The notes: generated from the letters alone by a model not told the origin. A DNA stretch of 64,000 nt from Candidatus Dormiibacterota bacterium (GCA_963833055.1 CAWHWM010000005.1:9321-73320); one strand, 5' to 3'; positions 1 to 11,175 are shown, counted from the stretch's first letter. Program-made: numbers and translations.

Positions 1-2
1 CC

Positions 3-177
3 TGAGCTACCCGATGTTCGTGGTCTTCCTGATCCACGCACAGCTGGCAGGAACTGATTTCAGCGACGTCGCGATCAGCCTGGCCGCGTGGGCGACTCTC
101 GGCGGCCTGATCGCGCTCGCCCTCCTGCGGGCGGCGGGTGGGAGGATGGCGGACAAACCGTTTGTGTAGCCGCCTCT
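3..177 (+). CDS. hypothetical membrane protein, C-terminal fragment (5' end outside window)
   Basis: Open frame from window edge to TAG at 175-177; hydrophobic translation (FVVFLIHAQLAG...LGGLIALALL); no family recognised. Confidence 0.3.
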
Positions 178-185
178 TGAGGCGG
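170..185 (+). terminator. GC hairpin after stop of the upstream fragment (no U-tract)
   Basis: ccgcctc-tt-gaggcgg, a 7-bp perfect inverted repeat starting 1 nt after the TAG; U-less hairpins are common terminators in high-GC bacteria. Confidence 0.25.
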
Positions 186-198
186 GTACACTCGCTCC

Positions 199-657
199 AT
201 GTTGACCTGGATGTGGGTGGTCTGGCTCCTGGCAGGTCTGATCCTGCTGGGCCTGGAAGTGCACACGCAGGCGTTCTACTCGCTGTTCCTCGCGGTGGGA
301 GCCTTCGCCGCCACCGTGGTCGCGCTGTTCCCCACCGAGGTCTGGATCCAGGCGGTCGTCGGCGCGGCCGTGGCCATCGTCGGCACGATGGCGGTGCGCC
401 CGACGCTCGCTCGCATGTCGGCTCGCCACCTCGGGCCCAAGCTCACCATGCCGGGCGCTTCGGACAACCTCGTCGGGCAGCCGGCGCTCACCCTCGAAGC
501 CGTCGGCGATGAGAATCACCCCGGGCATGCCCGCCTCTTCAATGAGAAGTGGCTCGCAGTCACGTCGAATCCCGGCGGCGTGCCGGCACATCAGCAGGTT
601 ACCGTCGTCGAAGTGCGCGGCACCACCCTCGTGGTCGCGCCCCCCAAGGGAGGCTGA
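199..657 (+). CDS. NfeD-family membrane protein (short form, stomatin-operon partner)
   Basis: ORF 199-657; two N-terminal TM helices (WVVWLLAGLILLGL, FLAVGAFAATVVALF) then a beta-rich C-terminal domain; sits immediately upstream of the SPFH gene as in known NfeD-stomatin operons. Confidence 0.75.
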   Translation: MLTWMWVVWLLAGLILLGLEVHTQAFYSLFLAVGAFAATVVALFPTEVWIQAVVGAAVAIVGTMAVRPTLARMSARHLGPKLTMPGASDNLVGQPALTLEAVGDENHPGHARLFNEKWLAVTSNPGGVPAHQQVTVVEVRGTTLVVAPPKGG

Positions 658-662
658 CTCAA

Positions 663-1628
663 GTGGACAACAGTGGTCTGGTCACCGCGATCATCGTCAT
701 CGTCCTGCTCATCGTGGTGGCGATCCTCATCGGCGGCGCAGTGCGCGTGGTGCCCCAGGGATTCGCCGGTGTGGTCACACGTTTTGGACGATTTCGGCGG
801 GAATCCCAGGCCGGCCTGACGATCATCACGCCCTTTATCGACAAGCTGCTTCGCGTGGATATGCGCGAGACGCCGCGCACCGGAGACCGGCAGGACGTCA
901 TCACTCGCGACAACGTCGCTGTCGCGGTCAACGCGACCATCTTCAGCCAGGTCATCGAACCGCGGGCCGCGCTGTTCAATGTCTCGGACTATCTCGTCGC
1001 CATCGATCAGCAGGCGCGCACCACGCTCCGTAATGCGTTCGGCAACGTCAGCCTTGACGAGGCGCTGTCCTCTCGCGAGCAGATCAATGCAGCGATGCAG
1101 CAGCAGATGGAGCAGGTCACCGACAAGTGGGGCATCCGTATCAATCGCATTGAGATCGTGGATATCTCCCCGCCGGTCCAGATCCTCCAGGCGATGGCCT
1201 TGCAGAAGCAGGCGGATCAGGAGAAGCGTGCGCGGATCCTGCAGTCGGAAGGCCAGCAGCAGTCGGCCGTCAACATCGCTGACGGTAACCGGCAGGCCGC
1301 GATCAAGCAGGCGGAAGGTGAGCGGCAGGCAGCCATCCTTCGCGCGGAAGGCAACCGGCAGGCGGCCATCCTCGAAGCTGAAGGTCGCGCCCAGGCAATC
1401 TCCACCGTGTACGGATCCATCAAGGCCGCGTCGCCGGATCCGACCCTGGTGGCGATCCTCCAGCTGGACACGCTGACCAAGTTTGCTGAGAGCCCCAACG
1501 CCAAGCTGGTGGTTCCCGCCGAGACGGCCGGACTGCTCGGTGCGGCGCAGGTGCTCCGCAGCGTGCTGGGTGACGCGCCTGGCCTCGAGCCGCCGACTGT
1601 CGTCACCGTGCCGCCCTCCAGCAGCTAG
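663..1628 (+). CDS. SPFH/band-7 (stomatin/prohibitin-like) protein
   Basis: GTG at 663 preceded by GGAGG (~650); N-terminal TM then SPFH core (VVPQGFAGVVTRFGRF...DMRETP...), C-terminal coiled coil with repeated QAAI/AEG motifs. Confidence 0.85.
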   Translation: MDNSGLVTAIIVIVLLIVVAILIGGAVRVVPQGFAGVVTRFGRFRRESQAGLTIITPFIDKLLRVDMRETPRTGDRQDVITRDNVAVAVNATIFSQVIEPRAALFNVSDYLVAIDQQARTTLRNAFGNVSLDEALSSREQINAAMQQQMEQVTDKWGIRINRIEIVDISPPVQILQAMALQKQADQEKRARILQSEGQQQSAVNIADGNRQAAIKQAEGERQAAILRAEGNRQAAILEAEGRAQAISTVYGSIKAASPDPTLVAILQLDTLTKFAESPNAKLVVPAETAGLLGAAQVLRSVLGDAPGLEPPTVVTVPPSSS

Positions 1629-1636
1629 GCGGATCC

Positions 1637-3010
1637 ATGCCGGTGGCCGGGCAGAGCTCACTCTTCGGCGCGGACCCGGTCAGCTCGGCAGCACCTGGCG
1701 ACGCCGGCAGGCACGCGCCGCTTGCAACGAGGATGCGCCCACGAACGTTCGACGAGTTCGTGGGACAGCATCGGGCGATCGGTGCGGGGACGGTCCTGCG
1801 CCGGGCGGTGGACGCCGGGGAGGTGCCGTCGCTCATCCTCTGGGGGCCGCCGGGCAGCGGCAAGACGACGCTCGCGGCGTTGATCGCCGGAGCGACGAAC
1901 GCCACGTTTGAAGCCGTCAGCGCGACCAGCGCCGGGGTGGCGGATCTGCGCAAGGTGATGGAGCGAGCGAACGAGCGGCTGCGCACCGGGAGGCGGACCG
2001 TGCTCTTCATCGATGAGATTCACCGCTTCAACAAGGGCCAGCAGGACGCGGTGCTCCCGCACGTCGAGAACGCGACCGTGACCCTGCTCGGCGCAACCAC
2101 GGAGAACCCGTCGTTCGAGGTCAATGCGGCACTGCTGTCACGAAGCAGGGTCATCCGCCTCGAAGCGCTCGACGCCGGCGACCTTCGCCGCCTCATCGAG
2201 CGCGCGCTGACGGATCCCGAACGAGGGCTTGGCGCCCAGCACGTGGCCGTCGACAGCGAAGCCATCGACCGGCTGGTCGCGCTGTGCGGTGGCGACGCGA
2301 GGATCGCGCTCAACTCGCTGGAGCTCGCCGTGCAGGCGGCGGTGCCCGATGCCACCGGGGCGGTGCGGGTGACGGTCGCGGACATAGAAGGTGCTTTGCA
2401 GAACCCAGCGCTGCTCTACGACCGTGCCGGCGATCAGCACTACTGGCTGATCTCGGCCTTCATCAAGTCGGTCCGGGGCAGCGACCCGGACGCCGCGGTG
2501 TACTGGCTGGCCCGGATGCTGGAAGCAGGGGAGGATCCGCTCTTCGTCGCGCGGAGGTTGGTGATCCTCGCAGCCGAGGACATCGGTCTCGCCGATCCGC
2601 AGGCGCTCGGTGTGGCCGTTGCCGCGCAGCAGGCCGCGCACTTCATCGGGATGCCCGAGGGGTACCTGCCGCTCAGCGAGGCGACGCTGTACCTGGCGAC
2701 GGCGCCCAAGAGCAACAGCGTGCTTCGAGCCTATGGAGCAGCCGTGGCCGACGTGGCCGAGACCCTCCATCAGCCGGTGCCCCTGCACCTCCGGAACGCG
2801 GTCACGGGGCTCGGACGTTCGATGGGCTTTGGCAGCGGCTACCGATACGCGCACGACCATGAAGGGGGCGTCGTCGAGCAGGAGCACCTGCCGGAGCAGC
2901 TCTCCGGGCATCGGTACTACGACCCCTCGGACCATGGTGCCGAACGCGAGATCGCGGAACGGCTCGAAACCAACCGTCGGAAGCTGTCGGGGCGCGAATC
3001 AGGGTCTTAA
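1637..3010 (+). CDS. rarA: replication-associated recombination protein A (AAA ATPase RarA/MgsA)
   Basis: Walker A GPPGSGKTTLA, Walker B LFIDEIHRFNK, conserved C-terminal MgsA helical domain (PLHLRNA...GYRYAHD). Confidence 0.9.
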   Translation: MPVAGQSSLFGADPVSSAAPGDAGRHAPLATRMRPRTFDEFVGQHRAIGAGTVLRRAVDAGEVPSLILWGPPGSGKTTLAALIAGATNATFEAVSATSAGVADLRKVMERANERLRTGRRTVLFIDEIHRFNKGQQDAVLPHVENATVTLLGATTENPSFEVNAALLSRSRVIRLEALDAGDLRRLIERALTDPERGLGAQHVAVDSEAIDRLVALCGGDARIALNSLELAVQAAVPDATGAVRVTVADIEGALQNPALLYDRAGDQHYWLISAFIKSVRGSDPDAAVYWLARMLEAGEDPLFVARRLVILAAEDIGLADPQALGVAVAAQQAAHFIGMPEGYLPLSEATLYLATAPKSNSVLRAYGAAVADVAETLHQPVPLHLRNAVTGLGRSMGFGSGYRYAHDHEGGVVEQEHLPEQLSGHRYYDPSDHGAEREIAERLETNRRKLSGRESGS

Positions 3011-3247
3011 GACGATCGGCCTAGCAGCGCCGGGATAGCAAGGGGCTGACCATCGTCGGGACGGGAATTCATTCTTTCGAAACGCAAGTCCCCCTGATAG
3101 GCGGGCGGGCGCCGACCCAGTTCAGTGGTTTACCCTCGCGGGCTCCCCCTCCCCGCGGCACCGGGTGTATCGCGGTTCTGCTGGGTCGGTGCCACCGCCG
3201 ACTTTCTTTCTCCAGAGCGAGAGATATCGGTTAGGCTGGGATCGACT

Positions 3248-3889
3248 GTGGAAGTTACGCACCCCACTCCCATTCGAGTGCTCATTGTCGATGACCACCC
3301 GTTGGTGAGGCGAGGGCTGACCTCCCTCCTCAATGGGACCACCGATATTCGCGTTGTCGGCGCTGCGTCTGACGGCGAAGAGGCGGTGGCCTATGCCGTG
3401 GAGGAGCATCCCGACATCGTGTTGATGGACATCTCCATGCCGGGGATGAACGGATTCGAAGCGCTGCGACGGATGCTCAAGGCTGTCGCCGGCACCAAGG
3501 TGGTAATGCTCACCTCGTACTCCGAACACGACATGGTGGTGGAGGCGATCGACAACGGCGCCGTGGGCTTCCTCCTCAAGGACACCGAGCCGCAGGAACT
3601 CCTCAACGGCATCCGTTCGGCTGCAAAGGGCGATACGCCGCTTTCACCCAAGGCTGCCAAGGAGTTGCTGCGCGACCGCGTCAAGCGGCGTCCGCTCGAT
3701 GACCTGACACAGCGCGAGCTCGACGTCCTGACCCTCGTGGGGCGAGGGATGAGCAACAAGCAGATCGCCTGGCGCCTCGGCATCAGCGAGAAGACGGTGA
3801 AGGCGCATCTCGGATCGGTGTTCGACCGCCTCGGCGTCGAGGACCGTGTGCAAGCTGCGCTATGGGCGCAGCGGCACGGGATCATCTAG
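3248..3889 (+). CDS. LuxR/NarL-family response regulator (REC + LuxR HTH), no kinase adjacent
   Basis: GTG 3248; REC domain with LIVDDHPLVRRG and phospho-acceptor region VLMDISMPGMNG; C-terminal LuxR HTH LTQRELDVLTLVGRGMSNKQIA...SEKTVKAH. Confidence 0.85.
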   Translation: MEVTHPTPIRVLIVDDHPLVRRGLTSLLNGTTDIRVVGAASDGEEAVAYAVEEHPDIVLMDISMPGMNGFEALRRMLKAVAGTKVVMLTSYSEHDMVVEAIDNGAVGFLLKDTEPQELLNGIRSAAKGDTPLSPKAAKELLRDRVKRRPLDDLTQRELDVLTLVGRGMSNKQIAWRLGISEKTVKAHLGSVFDRLGVEDRVQAALWAQRHGII

Positions 3890-3907
3890 CCCCGTCGTTT
3901 CCGGCCG

Positions 3908-5135
3908 CTACTCCGCAGCCGCCGCGACGCGAATCGCACGTGCGAACGCGGCGGAGGTCTCTTCGAGATCCGCGGCTGTGTGCACCGACGAGCAGAACGC
4001 GCTTGTGTTGAGGATGTCGACACCCTCGGCGCGCATGGCGTTCGCAATTCGCCCATGGGCTCGCGGATCCGACAGGAAGATATGCAGGATGCTCGCAAGC
4101 CGGCGGATGGTCCCGTCGATTCCGGCCGTGGCGAGCGCGGCGGTCCAGTCGGCGGCGAGGCTCACGGCATACGCCTCAGCGGTGCGCTGCGGCACGCCGT
4201 CGGCAACCAGCCGCAGCGTGGTGACCCCCGAGCTTGCGCTGAGCGGATTGGCGTTGAACGTTCCCGGATGGGGGATCGTCGTGGCGAGCAATTCGAGGAG
4301 ATCCGAGCGGCCGGCAACCGCTCCGCCAGGGAGCCCACCGGCCATCACCTTGCCGAGGACGCTGACGTCCGGCGTGATCCCGAGCACCGCCTGCATGCCA
4401 CCAGGGGACACGCGGAACCCCGTGACCACCTCATCGAAGACGAGCAGCGTGCCGGTCGCCGTGCACGCGGCTCGTGCGGCGGCGATGAAGGCGGGATCGA
4501 GCGGCAGCTGCCCGTAGTGCGCGCCTGACGCTTCCATGATCACGGCTGCCACATCGCCGCGAGCGAGGGCCGCCTGCAGTGCGGCGGGATCGTCGGTCCG
4601 TACGACCTCCGTGAGCTCGCCGAGGACTTCAGGAACGCCGATCGGCGTCCTGGTGGTGCCGTCCGCGTCCAGGTATGGGCTCACCACGTCGGACCATCCG
4701 TGAAAGTGGTCCTGGAGCTTGACGATGCGATCCCGGCCGGTCGCGGCCCGCGCAACGCGGAGCGCGAGCATCACCGCCTCGGTGCCCGACGCGGTGAACC
4801 TGACCTTCTCGGCCGACGGGATCAGCGACGTGATCAGCTCCGCCCACTCGACCTCGAGCGGATGCGCGGCGCCGTAGTGGGTGCCGTGCGACACCTGCTC
4901 GCGAACGGCCTCGACCACGGCGGGATACGCGTGCCCGAGCAGGAGGGCGCCGTGTCCCATCGTGTAATCGATGAGCTCGGTGCCGTCGATGAGCCACTTC
5001 CTCGATCCGCTCGAGCGAGCGACGTAGATGCGCGGGTCATAGGTCCGCGAGGCTGTGCGTGGCGCCTCCCGGGAGCACCCGGCGTGCGCGCTCCGCCAGG
5101 TCGGCGTGGGCACGCGTGTGCACGGCCTCGGTCAC
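3908..5135 (-). CDS. glutamate-1-semialdehyde 2,1-aminomutase-like class-III aminotransferase (paralog; apparent N-terminal frameshift near 5045)
   Basis: 401-aa ORF 3908-5113 with PLP fold-type I motifs (FDEVVTGFRV, LGKVMAGGLP); conserved N-terminus (LAERARRVLPGGATHSL) lies in another frame upstream, so one indel is inferred. Confidence 0.7.
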
Positions 5136-5165
5136 AGACACGTCCAGAGGATACCCGGCAAAATG

Positions 5166-5236
5166 AGGCGACGGTGGGAATCGAACCCACGATCAGGGTT
5201 TTGCAGACCCGTGCCTTACCACTTGGCTACGTCGCC
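5166..5236 (-). tRNA. tRNA-Cys (anticodon GCA)
   Basis: Reverse complement GGCGACGTAGCCAAGTGGTAAGGCACGGGTCTGCAAAACCCTGATCGTGGGTTCGATTCCCACCGTCGCCT folds as a cloverleaf: 7-bp acceptor, T-arm GTGGG/TTCGATT/CCCAC, anticodon loop CTGCAAA, discriminator U. Confidence 0.9.
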
Positions 5237-5349
5237 TCGTCACCGGAGTGCGCCATTGTCGCCCACCGGCGCACCGGCGCAGCCACGGCAGGCGCCTCGC
5301 GGTCTGCGCGGTCGGTCGATCCGCGACCCGTCTGTAGAGTCTGTGGGCG

Positions 5350-6342
<993 letters not shown>

Positions 6343-6482
6343 GGACGCGAGCGCGGGCGATCGCTGCAACGGGCGCGGTACCCGGATCGTCCCTCCCGAG
6401 CGCTGCCTGCACACGCGCTGTCTGTTCAACGCAGACGTGAGTACGATTCGGTTTGAGACGCGGGCTGAGGTAGGAGACGCCG

Positions 6483-9400
6483 GTGGTCTGTTCGAACTGC
6501 GGTGAGACCAATGCTGTGGAGCGCAAGTTCTGTGGCGAGTGCGGGGCTCCGCTCGCGCAGCTCTGCGCCGCGTGCGGCGCGCGGAATCCTGTCGGAGTCA
6601 AGTTCTGCGGGGAGTGCGGTTCGTCTCTCGGAGCATCTGGGGACGGAGCCGGCGTCTTACCACCGAAGCCTGCGACCGTCGGCTCGGCGTCCACGGTGCT
6701 GGCCGAGATCCGCCTGGTCTCCGTGCTCTTCGCGGATCTTGTCGGATTCACGACACTCTCGGAGTCGCGCGATCCAGAGGAGGTGCGTGATCTCCTCTCG
6801 CGATACTTCGACGTCTGCCGGGGACTGATCGAGCGCTACGGCGGGACGGTCGAGAAGTTCATCGGCGATGCGGTGATGGCGGTGTGGGGCGCACCCACAG
6901 CCAACGAGGACGACGCTGAACGCGCCGTGCGAACCGGCTCTCGAACTCGTTGCGGCAGTCGCTGAGCTCGGCGCGCGAGGTCGGCGCTCCGGACGCTGCG
7001 TGCGCGCGCCGGGATCGCTCACCGGCGAAGTGGCGGTCGACCGCTCGGCGACGACGGCCGAGGGCATGGTGGCCGGAGACACTCGTGAACACGGCGTCGC
7101 GCGTTCAGTAGCGCCGCCGAGCCGGGCATGCGTGCTTGTCGACGAGGCAACCATGCGCGCAGCAGCGCCGGGCGATCGCCTACGTCGAAGCCGGCGACCC
7201 TCGACCCTCAAAGGGAAGGCAGGAGCCGGTCGCGGTATGGGAGGCGCAGCGTGTCGTCGCCCAGCGCCAAGGGATCGGCGCGGTCGAGAGCGGCTCGAGC
7301 CACCGTTCGTTGGACGGGAGCGAGGAGCTCCGATTGCTCAAGGAGCTGTTCCATGCGACCGCTCGAGAGCAACGTCGCTCGTCTGGTGTCGGTGACGGGC
7401 CTTGCCGGAATCGGGAAGAGCCGGCTCGCCTGGGAGTTCCTCAAGTACGTCGACGGCCTCGCGGCAGACGGTGTACTGGCACGCAGGGACGCTCCGCTGC
7501 GTACGGTGAGGGCATCAGCTTCTGGGCGCTCGGCGAGATGGTGCGGATGCGGGCGGGGATCACCGAGGGCGAGGATCCTGCTCAGGCCCGCGCCGAAGCT
7601 CAGCGCCTCGGTCGCCGAATTCGTCACCGATGCCGACGAGCGGCGGCTGGATCGAGCCACGCGCTCGCGTATCTGCTCGGACTCGCCGAAGCACCGGGCG
7701 GCGACCGAGAAGAGCTCTTCAGCGCGTGGCGCACCTTCTTCGAGCGCATCGCGGACGCACGGGCCAACGGTGCTCGTGTTCGAGGATCTGCAGTGGGCGG
7801 ACCCGGGGCTGATCGACTTCATCGAGTCGATCGCTCGAGTGGTCGCGGAGTCGCCCCTGTTCGTGCTCACCCTGTCCCGACCCGAGCTGCTGCAGCGGCG
7901 CCCCACCTGGGGCGCAGGGCAGCGTTCATTTACGGCGCTGCATCTCGAGCCCCTGCCGCCGGCGGCGATGGCCGCGTTGCTCCGCGGCTTTGTCGCCGGA
8001 CTTCCGGAATCAGTGGTGGAGCACGTGCTGCACCGCGCCGAAGGAGTGCCGCTCTACGCGGTGGAGACGATCCGGATGCTGGTCGACCGAGGTCAACTGG
8101 TGGAGCGCAACGGGGTGCTGACGGTCACGGGAACGCTCGAGTCGCTCGACATCCCCGACACGTTGCACGCCCTCATCGCATCGCGCCTCGACGGGGTGAC
8201 GGCGGAGGAGCGCTCGCTGCTCCAGAACGCCTCCGTCATCGGTCAGAGCTTCTCGATCGCGGCGCTCGCCGCCGTCTCGGGCCGGAACCGAGCGGCGCTG
8301 TCCGCCCCACTCCGGGACCTGGTGCGCAAGGAGCTTCTGGCGCTCGACACCGATCCCCGTTCGCCGGAGCGCGGCCAGTACGGCTTCGTTCAGGGCCTGA
8401 TTCGTGAAGTCGCCTACGGGACACTCGCGAAGCCGGAGCGGCGGGCGAAGCACGTCGCTGCCGCATCGTACTTCGAGGGCCTCGACGACGAGGAACTCGT
8501 CGGCGTGGTGGCGACCCACTACGCCGAGGCACAGCGAGCCACCGCGATGGCCCGGAGCGAGATGCGCTCGTCGAGCGGGCTCGGGAGTGGCTCACGCAGG
8601 CGGGCCGCCGCGCACTCGCGCTCGGTTCGTCCGAACAGGCTCTGACGTACCTGGAACGGGCGCTAGAACTCACCGGGGAAGGCGGCACCAGAGCGGCGCT
8701 CCTCGACCTGGCTGGCGAGGCCGCGCTGCACTCCGATGCGTTCGAGCGCTCCGTGGCGCACTACCAGGCGGCGGCGGCCCTGCACCAGAGCGCAGGCGAC
8801 CTCGATGCCGCCGGTCTCAGCACGGCGCGCCTGACCTGGGCGCTGGGCGACGGACTGTCGCGGGTTTCCGAAGCGATGGAGCTCGCCGAGCAATTCCTGG
8901 CAAAGCTTGGTGAAACCGCCAACGAGCGAGCGCGTGCCGACGTTGCGGCGACTCTCGCTTCGTTGCAGAGCTCGACCGGCGCCTCCGACGAAGCGCTCGC
9001 CTGGGCTGAGATGGCGTGCGTGCTGGCCGAACGCATCGATGACGCCGAACTGCTCGGCCGAGCGATCGGCTCGAAGTCAGCCGCGATGTTCCGCCTCGGA
9101 CGCCACCGCGAAGCCGTGATGCTCGCTCGTGGCCGGATGGCACTCGCTGAGAACGCCGGGTCACTGGTTGAGTGCAGTGTCGCGACGCTGTACACCTCGA
9201 TCTTCGTGCTCGATGACGACCCGCACGAGGCGATCAGGCTCCAGCTCGAAGCCGCCGATCTGGCGCGGCGGGCCGGTGTCCGCAGCCTCGAGACGGTGAA
9301 CCTGCTCAATGCCGCGGAAGGCGCGATCATGCTCGGGCATTGGGACGATGCGCGATCCGCGTTGGACGCGCTCAGCCAGCGCGACCTCGCGCCCGCCCGT

Positions 9401-10014
9401 CAAACCCAGTTCGAGTTGTGTGATGCGGTGCTTGCGGCGTTGACCGGTCGTACCGCCCACGCCCTCGGCCGCCTGGAATCGTCAGCCGCCGCGGCGACGA
9501 CCGAGGATCGGACGCGCGCTCCAACAATTACCTCGGCCGGAGTCAGGTGCATCTGGCCATCGGTGACCTCGAGACTGCCTACCAGGAGGCCGCCACAGCT
9601 CTCGAGGCGGAGCCCTCCGGCATCAACAGCCCAAGCGCGCTGGCGGTTGAGATGCACGCCGCACTCTGGCTCGGGGATGCCGCGCGGGCGCGTCTGGCGC
9701 TCGATGCGATGCAGGCGTTTCGCGGCCGCTGGATGGCTGCGACACGGCTGACCGCAGAGGCCGGGATCGCGTCCCTGGAGGGCCGTTACGAAGCGGCCGC
9801 GGCAGCGTATGCACGCGCACTCGAGGCATGGCGAGAGCTGGATTCGCCGCTCGATCTGGCCATGTGCGGTCTGGACCGCGCATCGGTTCGCGGCGCCGGC
9901 GTCCCTGCAGGCGATGAAGATGACGAAGCTCGAGAGATCCTCACGCGCATCGGCGCGGTTCCACTGCTCGCGCGGCTCGACCGAGCCGTCGAGGCGGCGA
10001 GCAAGGCGGGCTGA
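6483..10014 (+). pseudogene. zinc-ribbon / class-III adenylate-guanylate cyclase / AAA(NB-ARC-like) ATPase / TPR regulator, broken by at least 10 frame changes
   Basis: Consecutive ORFs in all three + frames carry, in order: CxxC x4 zinc ribbon, cyclase motifs FADLVGFT and GDTVNTASRVQ (the latter only after a +1 shift near 7083), EPVAVWEA, P-loop GLAGIGKSRLAWEF, YGEGISFWALGEMVR, VLVFEDLQWADPGLIDF, then TPR-like helical repeats to 10014. Confidence 0.75.
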
Positions 10015-10146
10015 CTAGCGCTCGTTGTAGACCGATGGCATCGGGTGCCGCGATCTTGCCACTTGCACCTTTTGGTGCGATCGACAATACTGTGATGACT
10101 GGCGCGGGGGCGCCGGAAGGGAATGATTCGACCAGGGGGTTTGGAA

Positions 10147-10308
10147 ATGTCGACGATGTCGACTGATGCTCGTCGCCGCCGTACGCGCTCCTTTGCGACC
10201 TACGGGGTCACCCTCATCACGATCGCGCTCGTCCTGATCGTGGTGGAGATCGTCGGTCACCAGGCGGGCAACCTCTACTCGAACGTCAGCCAGGGATTGT
10301 CGCTCTGA
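10147..10308 (+). CDS. hypothetical small membrane protein (53 aa)
   Basis: ATG 10147 with upstream GGGGG; single TM (VTLITIALVLIVVEIV); no homology recognised. Confidence 0.25.
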   Translation: MSTMSTDARRRRTRSFATYGVTLITIALVLIVVEIVGHQAGNLYSNVSQGLSL

Positions 10309-10538
10309 GGGCGCCAGGCCTCGACGGACCTCACCTCTGCGGCCTCGGCCACTGCGAGTGCTTCCGGGAGGGTGAGGTCGCACGGCTGACCCGCTTGGCC
10401 CTCATCGGTGAGCACAGCGACAACGCGACCAGCGAAGTGGTCGCGGAGCTGCGTGGCGACGTCATCGACGGGACCCACCTACGACGTGCCGCTCAGGCGG
10501 GTACGTTGATACCGTCAGAGATGTCGAAAACTGAAGGC

Positions 10539-11087
10539 TCAGGCCGCTGAGGGCTGCGTGGTTCCGTTGGCGCCGGGCTCGGGCGGCATGACGAATGCAA
10601 CCTCGAGCGCGCCGGCCAGGGCGCGCAGGCGCGCGTAGAACCCGGCGGTGTGCGGTGAGCGCGCCAGACGCAGGCCCGCGAAGTCGTGGTGATGCTCCCA
10701 TTCGTGCAGGAGCGTGTTGAGGAACACCTTGGTGGTGATCACCTGCTGACGGACCGCGGTTCGGTGATATATGCGGATACGAGCAGTCTTGATCGCGCCT
10801 TCGGCAAACGTGCAGCGGTAGTACCCGTAGGTCTTGCTCTGCAGACGCTGGCCGTTGTGCGAGTGGACCTGGGCTCGATCGGCAACCACGAGATCGCAGT
10901 GGGGAAGGCCGGCGAGCGCATCGAGCTCATCAAGAAGCATCTGGCCGAGACGCTTGCGCTCGGTCGGATCCTCTGACGCATCGACGATGCGAAGCGCCAG
11001 CCCGCGAGCTACCGGGCTCGGTTGCACCGGGAGGCCAGTGGCGCTCTGGCTCCGGCGGTAGGTGGCGTCGGGACGTCGACCGAACAT
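10539..11087 (-). CDS. putative zinc metallohydrolase with HExxH motif (YgjP/DUF45-like)
   Basis: 182-aa ORF; motif LLHEWEHHHDF (HExxH) followed by aromatic FY, basic N-terminus; family assignment from recall of DUF45 architecture. Confidence 0.55.
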   Translation of the reverse strand: MFGRRPDATYRRSQSATGLPVQPSPVARGLALRIVDASEDPTERKRLGQMLLDELDALAGLPHCDLVVADRAQVHSHNGQRLQSKTYGYYRCTFAEGAIKTARIRIYHRTAVRQQVITTKVFLNTLLHEWEHHHDFAGLRLARSPHTAGFYARLRALAGALEVAFVMPPEPGANGTTQPSAA

Positions 11088-11175
11088 CTGCTCCGGGAGT
11101 ATAGGGCCGTCCCGGAGGACGCGGCCCGGACGGTGGAGGCAGGCCAGAAGGCGCTCGGACCCATAGAATCCGCGT

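Noticed and set aside
591-1661. Long minus-strand ORF (356 aa) antisense to the NfeD/SPFH genes, and similar long R/G/P-rich ORFs (e.g. 2138-2935 -, 5227-6168 -, 7208-7906 -, 16173-18344 +, 21301-22761 +, 54254-55462 -, 57063-58394 -)
   Set aside because: Arg/Gly/Pro/Asp-rich low-complexity translations with no domain signatures, each fully antisense to a well-supported gene. This is the typical stop-codon-poor antisense artefact of 70%-GC DNA.
6483-10014. Programmed ribosomal frameshifting to explain the multi-frame cyclase-ATPase gene
   Set aside because: There are 10 or more frame changes in both directions with no slippery heptamers or downstream pseudoknots at the junctions. Similar isolated shifts occur in unrelated housekeeping genes across the window, which fits random indels rather than recoding.
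10275-10478. 67-aa acidic ORF on the minus strand
   Set aside because: No convincing ribosome-binding site, it overlaps the 3' end of the plus-strand small ORF, and there are no recognisable motifs. Insufficient support.
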